64,000 nucleotides of DNA, taken from positions 394,455-458,454 of the forward strand of contig OZ246403.1 in NCBI GenBank assembly GCA_965230925.1, written 5' to 3'. Every line of letters begins with the position of its first letter. Positions within the stretch are counted from its first letter, which is position 1. The notes under the pieces are model-generated. The model had not been told where the DNA came from and searched no databases. It was given only the letters and a program-made list of their open reading frames with translations. Below, one piece after another: positions 56,275 to 64,000 of the stretch. This DNA comes from an uncultured Candidatus Saccharibacteria bacterium. Its GTDB lineage: Bacteria > Patescibacteriota > Minisyncoccia > Phycocordibacterales > JACOZG01. The translations under genes and the position numbers were made by a program.

Positions 56275-57119
56275 ACCCCTAAAGTAATTTTTACCTTATC
56301 ACCCTCGGCAAAGGTCAGATTATGTCCCGCGAAAAAGAAATTTAGCGTTCCTAGGGCGGTGATAAGTTGTCGGAGATGACTCGATTGCATATTGGCGGCA
56401 CCCATAGCGAGAGTGGGCTCAGTTTCAAGCTCGGCCATGAGGGTGCTGTCGGACAGGAGGCGGCTTAAGCTGTTTACCAGGTTTAATTGAATCGCCCCGG
56501 CTGTTTCTGGGGTGGGTAAAGCGCGGAGTTGGTTAATGGCTGTCTGATAGCGCGTAATAGCCGGGTTAATTTCTTCTACTAAGTCGGTATTTCCTGTTTC
56601 TACCGCTTCTAGGGTAAGTGCGGCTTCATAGCCAATCCCTGGTTCAATGAAGGCCGACATAATCTTAGCCATGTTTTTGCCATATTCCATTAGGAAAGCT
56701 TCGCTGTTTTCCCCTACCAAGTTAAGATCCTCCAGGCTGTATCTTCTGGCTATCCCCGAGGTTAAGTCATCAATAGGCAGAAGCGGTGTATCCTTCTTGG
56801 TAGCCGCGTTTACCACAATGCGTAAGGCGTGATCTTCCGGATTAATCACCGGCTCTTGATTATCTGGTAACCGATCGCCATCAGAGTCGGCGTTTAGAGG
56901 GTCAGTCCCCTTTAGGGTTTCTTGCCAATCGGGAATTTTGTCTCCGTCTTGGTCGAGCACCTTCTTCTTGGTAGGCAGAGAGGTTGCGATATTGCTAACT
57001 GCGGCGCGAAGGCCAACTTCTTCTCCGGGCGCCGGTAGCGTCCGTCCGCCCAAGTACCACAGTCCACCCAAACTGCCACCAACCAGAATTACTAAGACAA
57101 TCAATAATTTTTTAAACAC
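56271..57119 (-). CDS. Membrane-anchored protein with TSP3-like Ca-binding repeat
   Basis: DQDGDKIPDWQETLKGTDPLNADSDGDRLPD. Confidence 0.75.
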   Translation of the reverse strand: MFKKLLIVLVILVGGSLGGLWYLGGRTLPAPGEEVGLRAAVSNIATSLPTKKKVLDQDGDKIPDWQETLKGTDPLNADSDGDRLPDNQEPVINPEDHALRIVVNAATKKDTPLLPIDDLTSGIARRYSLEDLNLVGENSEAFLMEYGKNMAKIMSAFIEPGIGYEAALTLEAVETGNTDLVEEINPAITRYQTAINQLRALPTPETAGAIQLNLVNSLSRLLSDSTLMAELETEPTLAMGAANMQSSHLRQLITALGTLNFFFAGHNLTFAEGDKVKITLGV

Positions 57120-57198
57120 AGAAGTAGCTAAATTATATTACATTTGTCGAGGCCAAGACAGGCAAAACTGTTGAATACTTGGCGAAATCAGCTCAAAC

Positions 57199-57227
57199 TT
57201 GACAAATATAACCAATAATGCTAAGTT
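57199..57227 (+). promoter_or_regulatory. Sigma70 promoter of the orphan lipoprotein gene
   Basis: TTGACA-17 bp-TAAGTT, TG extension. Confidence 0.65.
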
Positions 57228-57276
57228 ATTGGCAGTTTACGAATTCAGACAGACCTCTTTTTAAGGGAGAAACGAT

Positions 57277-57615
57277 ATGAAACTTGTTCAGGTTCTTTTC
57301 ATTTCGGTGATGGTGGCAACTACGGCTGGTTGTAATTCAGCCAAGTTCAAGCGAACAGAAACCCAGATGTTGGCAGATGGTGGTAAGATCGAGACTGTCT
57401 CTGAGGGGTGGGCAGATTCAAAAGACATTCTGTCCTCGCGCCAAGAAAGTTTGGATGTAACTCCAAACGGGGTAAAGTGGAGAAAGAGTTCCACCGCGGC
57501 CCAATCACCGAGCCTTGTTCTTTGCCTTCGTTCTGGTTGCGGGCTGCCTCAGTGGTCCCACTCAAGAAGCAAATGGGAAAGACACCAGAGTCACGTGTAC
57601 AGGTACGGTTATTGA
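57277..57615 (+). CDS. Orphan putative lipoprotein
   Basis: SD AAGGGAG; MKLVQVLFISVMVATTAGC lipobox-like. Confidence 0.55.
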   Translation: MKLVQVLFISVMVATTAGCNSAKFKRTETQMLADGGKIETVSEGWADSKDILSSRQESLDVTPNGVKWRKSSTAAQSPSLVLCLRSGCGLPQWSHSRSKWERHQSHVYRYGY

Positions 57616-57642
57616 AGGTTTCTTGTGTCGCGGCAACAAGTG

Positions 57643-57681
57643 GGTCGTTCTGATTAAGTTCAGAGCGGCCCTTTCCTTTTC
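57643..57681 (+). terminator. Rho-independent terminator
   Basis: GGGTCGTTCTGA...TCAGAGCGGCCC plus TTTCCTTTT. Confidence 0.7.
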
Positions 57682-57686
57682 TAAAT

Positions 57687-58103
57687 TTAAAATTTTGCCT
57701 TGGCAGTTTCTCCTACTTTCAAATTATTTTTGTCCGAGAAACCGGCGTTTACTTCGAGGACATATTTTATTGGCGAGGGTGGATAGAAAAGTTTTGGATA
57801 ACTTTCTGGGGCGAGATTTTTTTCGATCCCAATAATTTTCCAGTTTTCGTCGAGCCAGATAATGTCGATTGAGAAACGCATGTCTTTCATCCAGAAGCCG
57901 GGCGTGGTGGGCGATGGGAAAATAAACAAGAGACCGGTGTCTTGTGGCAATGAAGCGCGATCAGAAAGTCCCTGTGTTCGTTCGGTGTTGGTGTCAGCGA
58001 TTTCTATTTGAATAATTTTCCCGCCGATTTCTAGTTGTGGTGTGTGAGAAACAGGGGCAATGAGACCGAGCGCAATAAGAATACTTAAAAAGAATTGCTT
58101 CAT
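57687..58103 (-). CDS. DUF192 family protein
   Basis: EIADT..RTQGLS, FWMKDMRFSIDIIW, YVLEVNAG. Confidence 0.9.
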   Translation of the reverse strand: MKQFFLSILIALGLIAPVSHTPQLEIGGKIIQIEIADTNTERTQGLSDRASLPQDTGLLFIFPSPTTPGFWMKDMRFSIDIIWLDENWKIIGIEKNLAPESYPKLFYPPSPIKYVLEVNAGFSDKNNLKVGETAKAKF

Positions 58104-58867
58104 AATTTTTTAAATAAACTTAACCAATCTTCTAATTTTAAATCTTCAGCGCGCGCTTTGGGGTTTTCTAATTTCATTCCCAAATTGTTTTGCAAAAGTT
58201 TACGTTTGTGGGCAAAACCTTTTTTCAAGAAAGCGAAAAATTTTTCCTCATCAATTTCTTCAAGTTTTTCTCGACTAATATTTTCGATCAAAAGAATTGC
58301 CGAGTCCACGGCTGGTGCGGGTGAGAAACTCCCCGCTTTGACTGTGCCCATCCGCCGGTTGGCGGATGGCTCGCCAAAAACTTTCACACTGAGCGAGAGT
58401 AAGCTTTCCTTTCCATTACGTGCCACGATTCGTTCCACAACTTCTTTTTGGAGCAAGAGAACCATCAAACTTGGTTGAGGAACGCGACCGAGCCAGAGGC
58501 GCAAGAATTCGCCGGTGAGGTAATACGGCAGGTTCGCAATCACTTTGTACTCATGATTTTTTAGTCCCAACACTTCCGGTGAAACGGTGAGAATGTCACC
58601 CGTCACAATTTTTAATTTTCCATTTTCAATTTCTGTTTTAAATTTTTCTGTGAGCAGTGACGCGAGTGTTTCATCTTTCTCCACCGCAATCACTTTTCCT
58701 GCTTGGGCGAGCAAGAGCTCGGTTAAGTTGCCGGTGCCCGGACCAACTTCGAGCGCGGTGTCTGTTGCCGAAAGTTTGCCCGCCGCGGCAATTTTCTCGA
58801 GCGCCCCGCGATTGGTGAGCCAGTGTTGACCTAAAGATTTTTTTGCGCGGATCATCTTGTGAAACAT
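58100..58867 (-). CDS. rsmA: 16S rRNA dimethyltransferase RsmA/KsgA
   Basis: KKSLGQHWL, EVGPGTG, ANLPYY, QKEV, PAPAVDS, RAEDL. Confidence 0.95.
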   Translation of the reverse strand: MFHKMIRAKKSLGQHWLTNRGALEKIAAAGKLSATDTALEVGPGTGNLTELLLAQAGKVIAVEKDETLASLLTEKFKTEIENGKLKIVTGDILTVSPEVLGLKNHEYKVIANLPYYLTGEFLRLWLGRVPQPSLMVLLLQKEVVERIVARNGKESLLSLSVKVFGEPSANRRMGTVKAGSFSPAPAVDSAILLIENISREKLEEIDEEKFFAFLKKGFAHKRKLLQNNLGMKLENPKARAEDLKLEDWLSLFKKL

Positions 58868-60807
58868 CAAAACATAATCACACTGTCGCGCAGTGGTGTG
58901 GGAACGGCGGCAGAGAGGAGTTCTGGCTCAATATCGAAGATAAATTCTGACGGTAAATTGACTTGCCGCCCGCCGAAGATCATTCGAGTTTCGGCATAAG
59001 ATAAATATAATTTTTCCTTCGCGCGGGTCACAGCCACGTAGAAGAGTCGTCGCTCTTCTTCCTCGTCGCGCGTTTCATCACTCGCGCCCATGAAGACATG
59101 CGGGAAAAGATTTTGCTCGAGACCGGTGATAAACACATGAGCAAATTCGAGACCTTTCGCGGCGTGCACCGTCATTAATTTCACTCCCGGTTTTTTCTCA
59201 TTGAGCGTATCTTGGTCGGAGACAAGCGCCGCCTCATCGAGCAGGGCTTGCACGCCAGCCGTGCCAACTAAGTCATCATACTTTCGCGCAAGCGTCACCA
59301 GTTCGCGCAAATTTTCCAACCGCTCTTTGTCGTCATCGGCGCCTTCTTGCAGTAACTTTTGCCAACCACTTTGCTCAAGCACAAATTTTACTGTTTCACT
59401 GACGCGCGTAGTCTCGGCCACTTGTTTAATATTGTCGAGCAAGGTGAGAAAGGTTTGCCACTTTACTTTTGTTCCTGCGGGCAAACTCTCAGCTTGGCCA
59501 GAAAAAATTTTGGCGAGCGTTACTTTGCCAATCCCGCGCGGTGGAATATTGATCACGCGCTTGAGGCTGAAGTGATCATCGCGATTGAGCGCAGCCTTGA
59601 GAAAAGCAATGGCATCTTTAATTTCTTCTCGCTCGAAGAAGCGCGTGCCGAGAACTTGGTAAGGCACACCTGCGCGCAATAAACCTTCTTCCAAGGCGCG
59701 CGACTGGAAGTTAGCGCGGTAGAGAATCGCGATATCATCGGGTTGCACTTTTCTCGCGAGTAAGTCAGAAATTTTTCCGGCGACTTGGCCAGCCTCGTCA
59801 TTCTCGTCGAAGCCGGCGAGGAGATCAATTTTCTCCCCCGCCCCATTTTTGGTAAAGAGATTTTTTTCCTTACGTTTTACATTTTTCTGAATAATCGCAT
59901 TTGCCGCGGCCAAGATATTTTGCGTTGAGCGATAATTTTCTTCGAGCGTCACCACCCGCGCGTCCGGATAATCTTCTTCGAAGCGCAATAAATTTTCGAA
60001 GTCCGCTCCGCGCCAGCTGTAGATTGATTGGTCCACGTCACCCACCACGCAAACATTGCGATGGGCGGCGGCCAAGAGTCTCGCGAGGTCGTATTGAATG
60101 GTGTTGGTGTCCTGATATTCATCGATATGAATATAGCGAAAGCGTTTCTGGTAAGCGCTTAGAATTTCTGGTCGATCACGGAAAAGGCGCACTGTTTCGG
60201 CGAGGAGATCGTCGAAGTCGAGGGCGCCTGCTTCCCGCAAACCCTCGCTATATTTTTGCCACACTTGCCCAACCGTTTTTTGGAAAAAGGAGTTATTGGT
60301 TGAGCTTTCGAGGAAGCTAGAGCGGTTCTGTCCGGCACTTTTAGCCCGGGAAATAATATTTAAGACTTTTCTCGGCTCTACGGTTTTAGGGTCAAGACCA
60401 AGACTTTTGAGCGCTTCTTTAATCGTTTTAATCGAATCGTCGCGGTCAAAGATAGAGAAATTTTTCTTCAAACCAATCTTTTCGGCTTCATTGCGCAAGA
60501 TCATCACGCCGAAGGAGTGGAAGGTGCTGGCGAAGGGTAAGGTGTTTGAGCGTCCACCGAAGTCGTCAGGATAGTTATTAGCCAACAGTTTTTGTAAGCG
60601 CTCACGTAGTTCCCCCGCCGCCTTATTGGTAAAGGTAATAGCCAGAATCGAGCTTGGCTCGGCGCCTTGGCGGATAAGATGGAGAATGCGATGAGTAATT
60701 GTTTTTGTTTTCCCCGCTCCGGCTCCAGCCACAATGAGGAGCGGTCCTTCCTTATGGAGCACCGCCTCACGTTGCGCTTGGTTTAATTCATTCAAATATG
60801 CGGTCAC
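58867..60807 (-). CDS. pcrA: UvrD/PcrA DNA helicase
   Basis: AGAGAGKT, TFTNKAA, DEYQDTN, QSIYSWRGA, MTVHAAKGLEF, EERRLFYVAVTRA. Confidence 0.95.
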   Translation of the reverse strand: MTAYLNELNQAQREAVLHKEGPLLIVAGAGAGKTKTITHRILHLIRQGAEPSSILAITFTNKAAGELRERLQKLLANNYPDDFGGRSNTLPFASTFHSFGVMILRNEAEKIGLKKNFSIFDRDDSIKTIKEALKSLGLDPKTVEPRKVLNIISRAKSAGQNRSSFLESSTNNSFFQKTVGQVWQKYSEGLREAGALDFDDLLAETVRLFRDRPEILSAYQKRFRYIHIDEYQDTNTIQYDLARLLAAAHRNVCVVGDVDQSIYSWRGADFENLLRFEEDYPDARVVTLEENYRSTQNILAAANAIIQKNVKRKEKNLFTKNGAGEKIDLLAGFDENDEAGQVAGKISDLLARKVQPDDIAILYRANFQSRALEEGLLRAGVPYQVLGTRFFEREEIKDAIAFLKAALNRDDHFSLKRVINIPPRGIGKVTLAKIFSGQAESLPAGTKVKWQTFLTLLDNIKQVAETTRVSETVKFVLEQSGWQKLLQEGADDDKERLENLRELVTLARKYDDLVGTAGVQALLDEAALVSDQDTLNEKKPGVKLMTVHAAKGLEFAHVFITGLEQNLFPHVFMGASDETRDEEEERRLFYVAVTRAKEKLYLSYAETRMIFGGRQVNLPSEFIFDIEPELLSAAVPTPLRDSVIMF

Positions 60808-60831
60808 GAGCTCATTATAGTGCCTTCGGGG

Positions 60832-60840
60832 TTATCCACA
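60832..60840 (+). promoter_or_regulatory. Perfect DnaA box in the pcrA / LysM-M23 divergent promoter
   Basis: TTATCCACA. Confidence 0.55.
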
Positions 60841-60888
60841 ACCGGGGATATTTAGGTTTGACCGCCCACCTCACCCACCCTATAATTA

Positions 60889-61956
60889 ATGTCATCCTGC
60901 TTGACGGAACTACCGAGGTATTCCCGAACCATCAGAATTTCAAGAAACAGGCTTATTTTATCTTTTCTAAAATCTAAACGGCGGGTTTTTTTTCTCGCTC
61001 TCATCCTCTCTTTTGGTCTGGTGGCTCCCGCCCAGGCTGGTTTTTTCTCGTTTTTTAAGGGAGTTTTTACAGAAAGCCAGGACTATTTAGCCGTAGTTAG
61101 AGGAGAAAATTCTCAAACGATTGATCTTCTTCAGGCCCCTTTGAGCTTCAATACCATTCCCGCGCGCGGTGGCGGCGACACTACTATTGTTGAAGAAAGT
61201 GCTTTATTGCCGGAATCAGGCCCACTTGTGGGAAGCGATCGCGATCTACCTTTGGGCGGTGATCATATTAGTACCTATATTGTTCGTGAGGGCGATTCCC
61301 TCTCGGCTATTGCTGATATGTTTGGCGTTTCGGTCAACACTATTCGCTGGGCTAATGATCTTGGGGGCAAAGGCCCAATTAAAAAAGATCAAATTCTTGT
61401 GATTTTACCCGTTTCTGGAGTAAAACATGTGGTGAAAAAGGGTGACACGGTGGCGAGTATCGCTAAGAAATACAAGGCCGACGAAGCAGAAATCATTGAT
61501 TTTAATGGACTTGATGATGATCATCCGTTGATTTTGGGTGAAGAGGTGATTGTTCCCGATGGAGAGATTGTAGAGATGACGCCCTCAAAGACGGCTACAA
61601 ATGCTGTTGGTGCTGGTTATTACGTTCGACCAATCAAAGGAGGTAAGAAAACCCAAGGTTTACACGGCTACAATGGCGTTGACTTGGCTACTTATGTCGG
61701 TGCGCCGGTGTATGCCTCGGCGGCTGGCGAAGTGGTAGTAAGCAAATCAAGTGGCTGGAACGGTGGCTACGGCAACTATGTTGTTATTAAGCATCCCAAT
61801 AAGACCCAAACGCTCTATGCTCACTTGAGCAAAAACTTAGTAAAAGTTGGCGCTAAAGTAACTCAAGGTCAAGTCATTGGCGAAAATGGTTCTACAGGTA
61901 AGTCTACCGGTCCCCATCTCCACTTCGAAGTTCGTGGCGCCAAGAATCCTTTCTAA
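60889..61956 (+). CDS. LysM x2 plus M23 peptidase
   Basis: YIVREGDSL, HVVKKGDTV, HGYNGVD, YAHL, GPHLHFEV. Confidence 0.93.
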   Translation: MSSCLTELPRYSRTIRISRNRLILSFLKSKRRVFFLALILSFGLVAPAQAGFFSFFKGVFTESQDYLAVVRGENSQTIDLLQAPLSFNTIPARGGGDTTIVEESALLPESGPLVGSDRDLPLGGDHISTYIVREGDSLSAIADMFGVSVNTIRWANDLGGKGPIKKDQILVILPVSGVKHVVKKGDTVASIAKKYKADEAEIIDFNGLDDDHPLILGEEVIVPDGEIVEMTPSKTATNAVGAGYYVRPIKGGKKTQGLHGYNGVDLATYVGAPVYASAAGEVVVSKSSGWNGGYGNYVVIKHPNKTQTLYAHLSKNLVKVGAKVTQGQVIGENGSTGKSTGPHLHFEVRGAKNPF

Positions 61957-63515
61957 ATAACACTTTTCGGGCGATATTGAATCGCTTCTAGTAAGTGCGA
62001 ATCTCTAATTTCATCTTCGTCAGCGAGATCGGCGATGGTACGGGCAATTTTTATCAAGCGATGGTAGACGCGCGCGGAGAGGCCAAGGCGGGTGGCGGCA
62101 TCATTGAGTATTTTCGTTTCTTTTTCGCCTAAAGGGGCGTATTTTTTTAAATCTTTGGCCGACATTTCATTGTTTGTTTTAATTTTCGTTTCACTATCGG
62201 CAAAGCGGGCCAATTGACGCTCTCGGGCTCGAGTTACACGCTCGCGAATGCGAGGTGATTCTGCTGTTGTCCCAGTATGAGCCGATAGTTTGGTGGGATC
62301 CACGGGAGCGGCGGTGAGCCAGAGGTCGATTCGATCCACGATTGGCCCCGAGAGTTTGCGTTCATAGCGGGCAATGCTGCTCGGATTGCAAACACACTCC
62401 TTCCCTCTCGTACCTTTGTTTCCGCATGGACAGGGATTCATAGCAGCCACAAGAATAAAATTTGCCGGAAAGGTCGAGGTCCCCTTCGCTCGAGCTACCC
62501 GAATGATGCGATCCTCAAGCGGTTGGCGCAGGGCTTCGATCACCCGTTTATCAAATTCCGGAAATTCGTCGAGGAAGAGGACGCCGCGATGGGCCAAGGT
62601 AATTTCACCCGGTTTTGGTTGACCGCCACCACCCACGAGCGATACATATGAGGCGGTGTGGTGAGGCGAGCGGAAGGGTGGAGTGGTCATTAAGTCAGTG
62701 GCCAGTTCCCCTGCCGCTGAGTGAATGCCGGTAATTTCAAGAATTTCGTCGAAGTCGAGTCGGGGTAAAATGCTTGCAAAAGCTTTGGCAAGCATGGTTT
62801 TTCCCGTCCCGGGCGGGCCAGAGAGGGCGATGTTGTGGCGACCAGCGGCGGCAATTTCGAGCCCGCGCTTGGCTGTTTCTTGACCTTTCACATCAGCAAA
62901 GTCGAGGAAAAAGGCTGATTCTTCATATTCAATTGGTGTGGGTGGTGCCGCGGGAATTTTCGCGATCACTGATTCCCCCTCCTCCCCTTCTCCTAATCGT
63001 TTTGGACTCAAATGATTAGCAATTTCACGCAAATTCTGGGCACCATAGACGGTAATCCCCTCAATAAGCGTGGCTTCTTTGGCGTTGCCAAGAGGTAAAT
63101 AAATTTCTTCGAAGCCAGCAACTTTCAACTTGCGTGTTAGTAAGAGTGCCCCACGAATTGGTCTCAAATCTCCATTAAGCGCCAGTTCTCCCAAGAAAGC
63201 CTTTTTTTCTGGTTTAAAAACGAGATCTTTAGTGGCGGCGAGATGGGCTAAAGCGATGGCCAGGTCAAAAACCGGCCCCTCTTTCTTGAGGTCGGCCGGT
63301 GCGAGCGAAACAATCACTTTCCGATTTCCTTTCTGGGGCGAAGGGAAACCAGAATTTTTAATCGCGGCGCTAATGCGCTCTTTTGCCTCTTCCACCGCCT
63401 TATCAGGCAAGCCCACAATGACAAATGAATGTAAACCTTTCGCCACGTCCACTTCGACCTCAATGATTTCTGGTTTTAGGCCGGAAAGCTGAGCCGAATA
63501 GACTTTGGCAAGCAT
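61953..63515 (-). CDS. comM: ComM/YifB AAA+ ATPase
   Basis: VGLPD, LAPADLKK, GPPGTGKT, RSPHHTAS, FLDEFPEF, AMNPCPCG. Confidence 0.92.
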   Translation of the reverse strand: MLAKVYSAQLSGLKPEIIEVEVDVAKGLHSFVIVGLPDKAVEEAKERISAAIKNSGFPSPQKGNRKVIVSLAPADLKKEGPVFDLAIALAHLAATKDLVFKPEKKAFLGELALNGDLRPIRGALLLTRKLKVAGFEEIYLPLGNAKEATLIEGITVYGAQNLREIANHLSPKRLGEGEEGESVIAKIPAAPPTPIEYEESAFFLDFADVKGQETAKRGLEIAAAGRHNIALSGPPGTGKTMLAKAFASILPRLDFDEILEITGIHSAAGELATDLMTTPPFRSPHHTASYVSLVGGGGQPKPGEITLAHRGVLFLDEFPEFDKRVIEALRQPLEDRIIRVARAKGTSTFPANFILVAAMNPCPCGNKGTRGKECVCNPSSIARYERKLSGPIVDRIDLWLTAAPVDPTKLSAHTGTTAESPRIRERVTRARERQLARFADSETKIKTNNEMSAKDLKKYAPLGEKETKILNDAATRLGLSARVYHRLIKIARTIADLADEDEIRDSHLLEAIQYRPKSVI

Positions 63516-63841
63516 TATTCTAAGTGTTCTTTACAGGTTTTGGCCGCAGGATTGGCTTCTAAGCGATCAGTCTCGATTTCTTTTCCGCAGATAGCGCAGG
63601 TTCCAAATTTTCCTTCTTCCAAGCGCCCGAGGGCGGCGGTTACTTCATTTAAACGGGTTTTTAAGGTTAAGGTTTCGGCGGCGCGATCTTCCTGGTCTTC
63701 CAGACGATCAGCGGTTTCATCACGGAACTCAGATTCACCGCCTTCCCCTTCCGGGTGAGGCGCTAATTCTTTGAGTTCGTTCAGTAAATCTTGTTTTTCT
63801 TTTTCAAGCGCTTGGTGTAACTGTTCAAAACGTTGTTCCAT
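63515..63841 (-). CDS. TraR/DksA C4 zinc-finger protein
   Basis: Coiled coil, DETAD, FGTCAICG...RLEANPAAKTCKEH. Confidence 0.88.
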   Translation of the reverse strand: MEQRFEQLHQALEKEKQDLLNELKELAPHPEGEGGESEFRDETADRLEDQEDRAAETLTLKTRLNEVTAALGRLEEGKFGTCAICGKEIETDRLEANPAAKTCKEHLE

Positions 63842-63880
63842 GACCCTATTCTAGGCCTTCAGGTTTCTTTATGCAAATTA

Positions 63881-64000
63881 CTAACGGGAGATATTCCGGA
63901 AGCGGGTAATGATTTCTCCTAGCGTGGCCTCGCTGTTGGTTATTGCAATTAATTCACGGTCAAGAAGGAAGGCGTACATTATCTTTTCAGTGCTACTAGC
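63881..64000 (-). CDS. C-terminal end of a gene cut by the window edge
   Basis: Open frame ASSTEKIMYAFLLDRELIAITNSEATLGEIITRFRNISR-TAG. Confidence 0.55.
   Translation of the reverse strand, partial: ASSTEKIMYAFLLDRELIAITNSEATLGEIITRFRNISR

Noticed and set aside
43968-57119. Integrative conjugative element or prophage
   Set aside because: No integrase, relaxase, att repeats or phage structural genes; contiguous with core oriC genes.

Overview
The window is a chromosomal segment of a small-genome bacterium, very likely Patescibacteria/CPR (Parcubacteria-like). This is inferred from gene content: short MurE, YebC, HolA and PolA, pilMNO plus PilB, a chromosomal VirB4/PrgI/VirB6 locus, CCA-less tRNAs and tRNA-Arg(GCG). 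It spans the replication origin (dnaN-oriC-dnaA-rpmH-rnpA-yidC, about 40-44 kb). It carries repair/recombination genes (ruvABC, ruvX, mutM, xth, polA, pcrA, comM), translation genes, six tRNAs, type IV pilus genes and a 13-kb T4SS-like operon next to oriC. Secreted enzymes include a metzincin, an S8 protease with an altered triad and a PL9-like beta-helix. The features not explained by standard annotation are: (1) several families of 16-27 bp palindromes sitting in frame inside housekeeping genes (polA, tsaE x2, murE x2, rsmA, rluA x2, ruvA, xth), one sharing a core motif with (2) a 116-bp structured mini-element that duplicates the tRNA-Val 3' end; (3) a ~180-nt structured ncRNA with its own consensus promoter between pilB and ruvB (6S-like); (4) an HNH gene whose stop codon is the tRNA-Ser anticodon; (5) a 65-bp MITE that duplicated a start codon; (6) unannotated micro-ORFs (an ATT-start Zn-finger and a hyper-acidic peptide); and (7) leaderless architecture for core genes versus SD-led, self-terminated orphan cassettes. 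All calls come from reading the sequence by eye; no searches were run.
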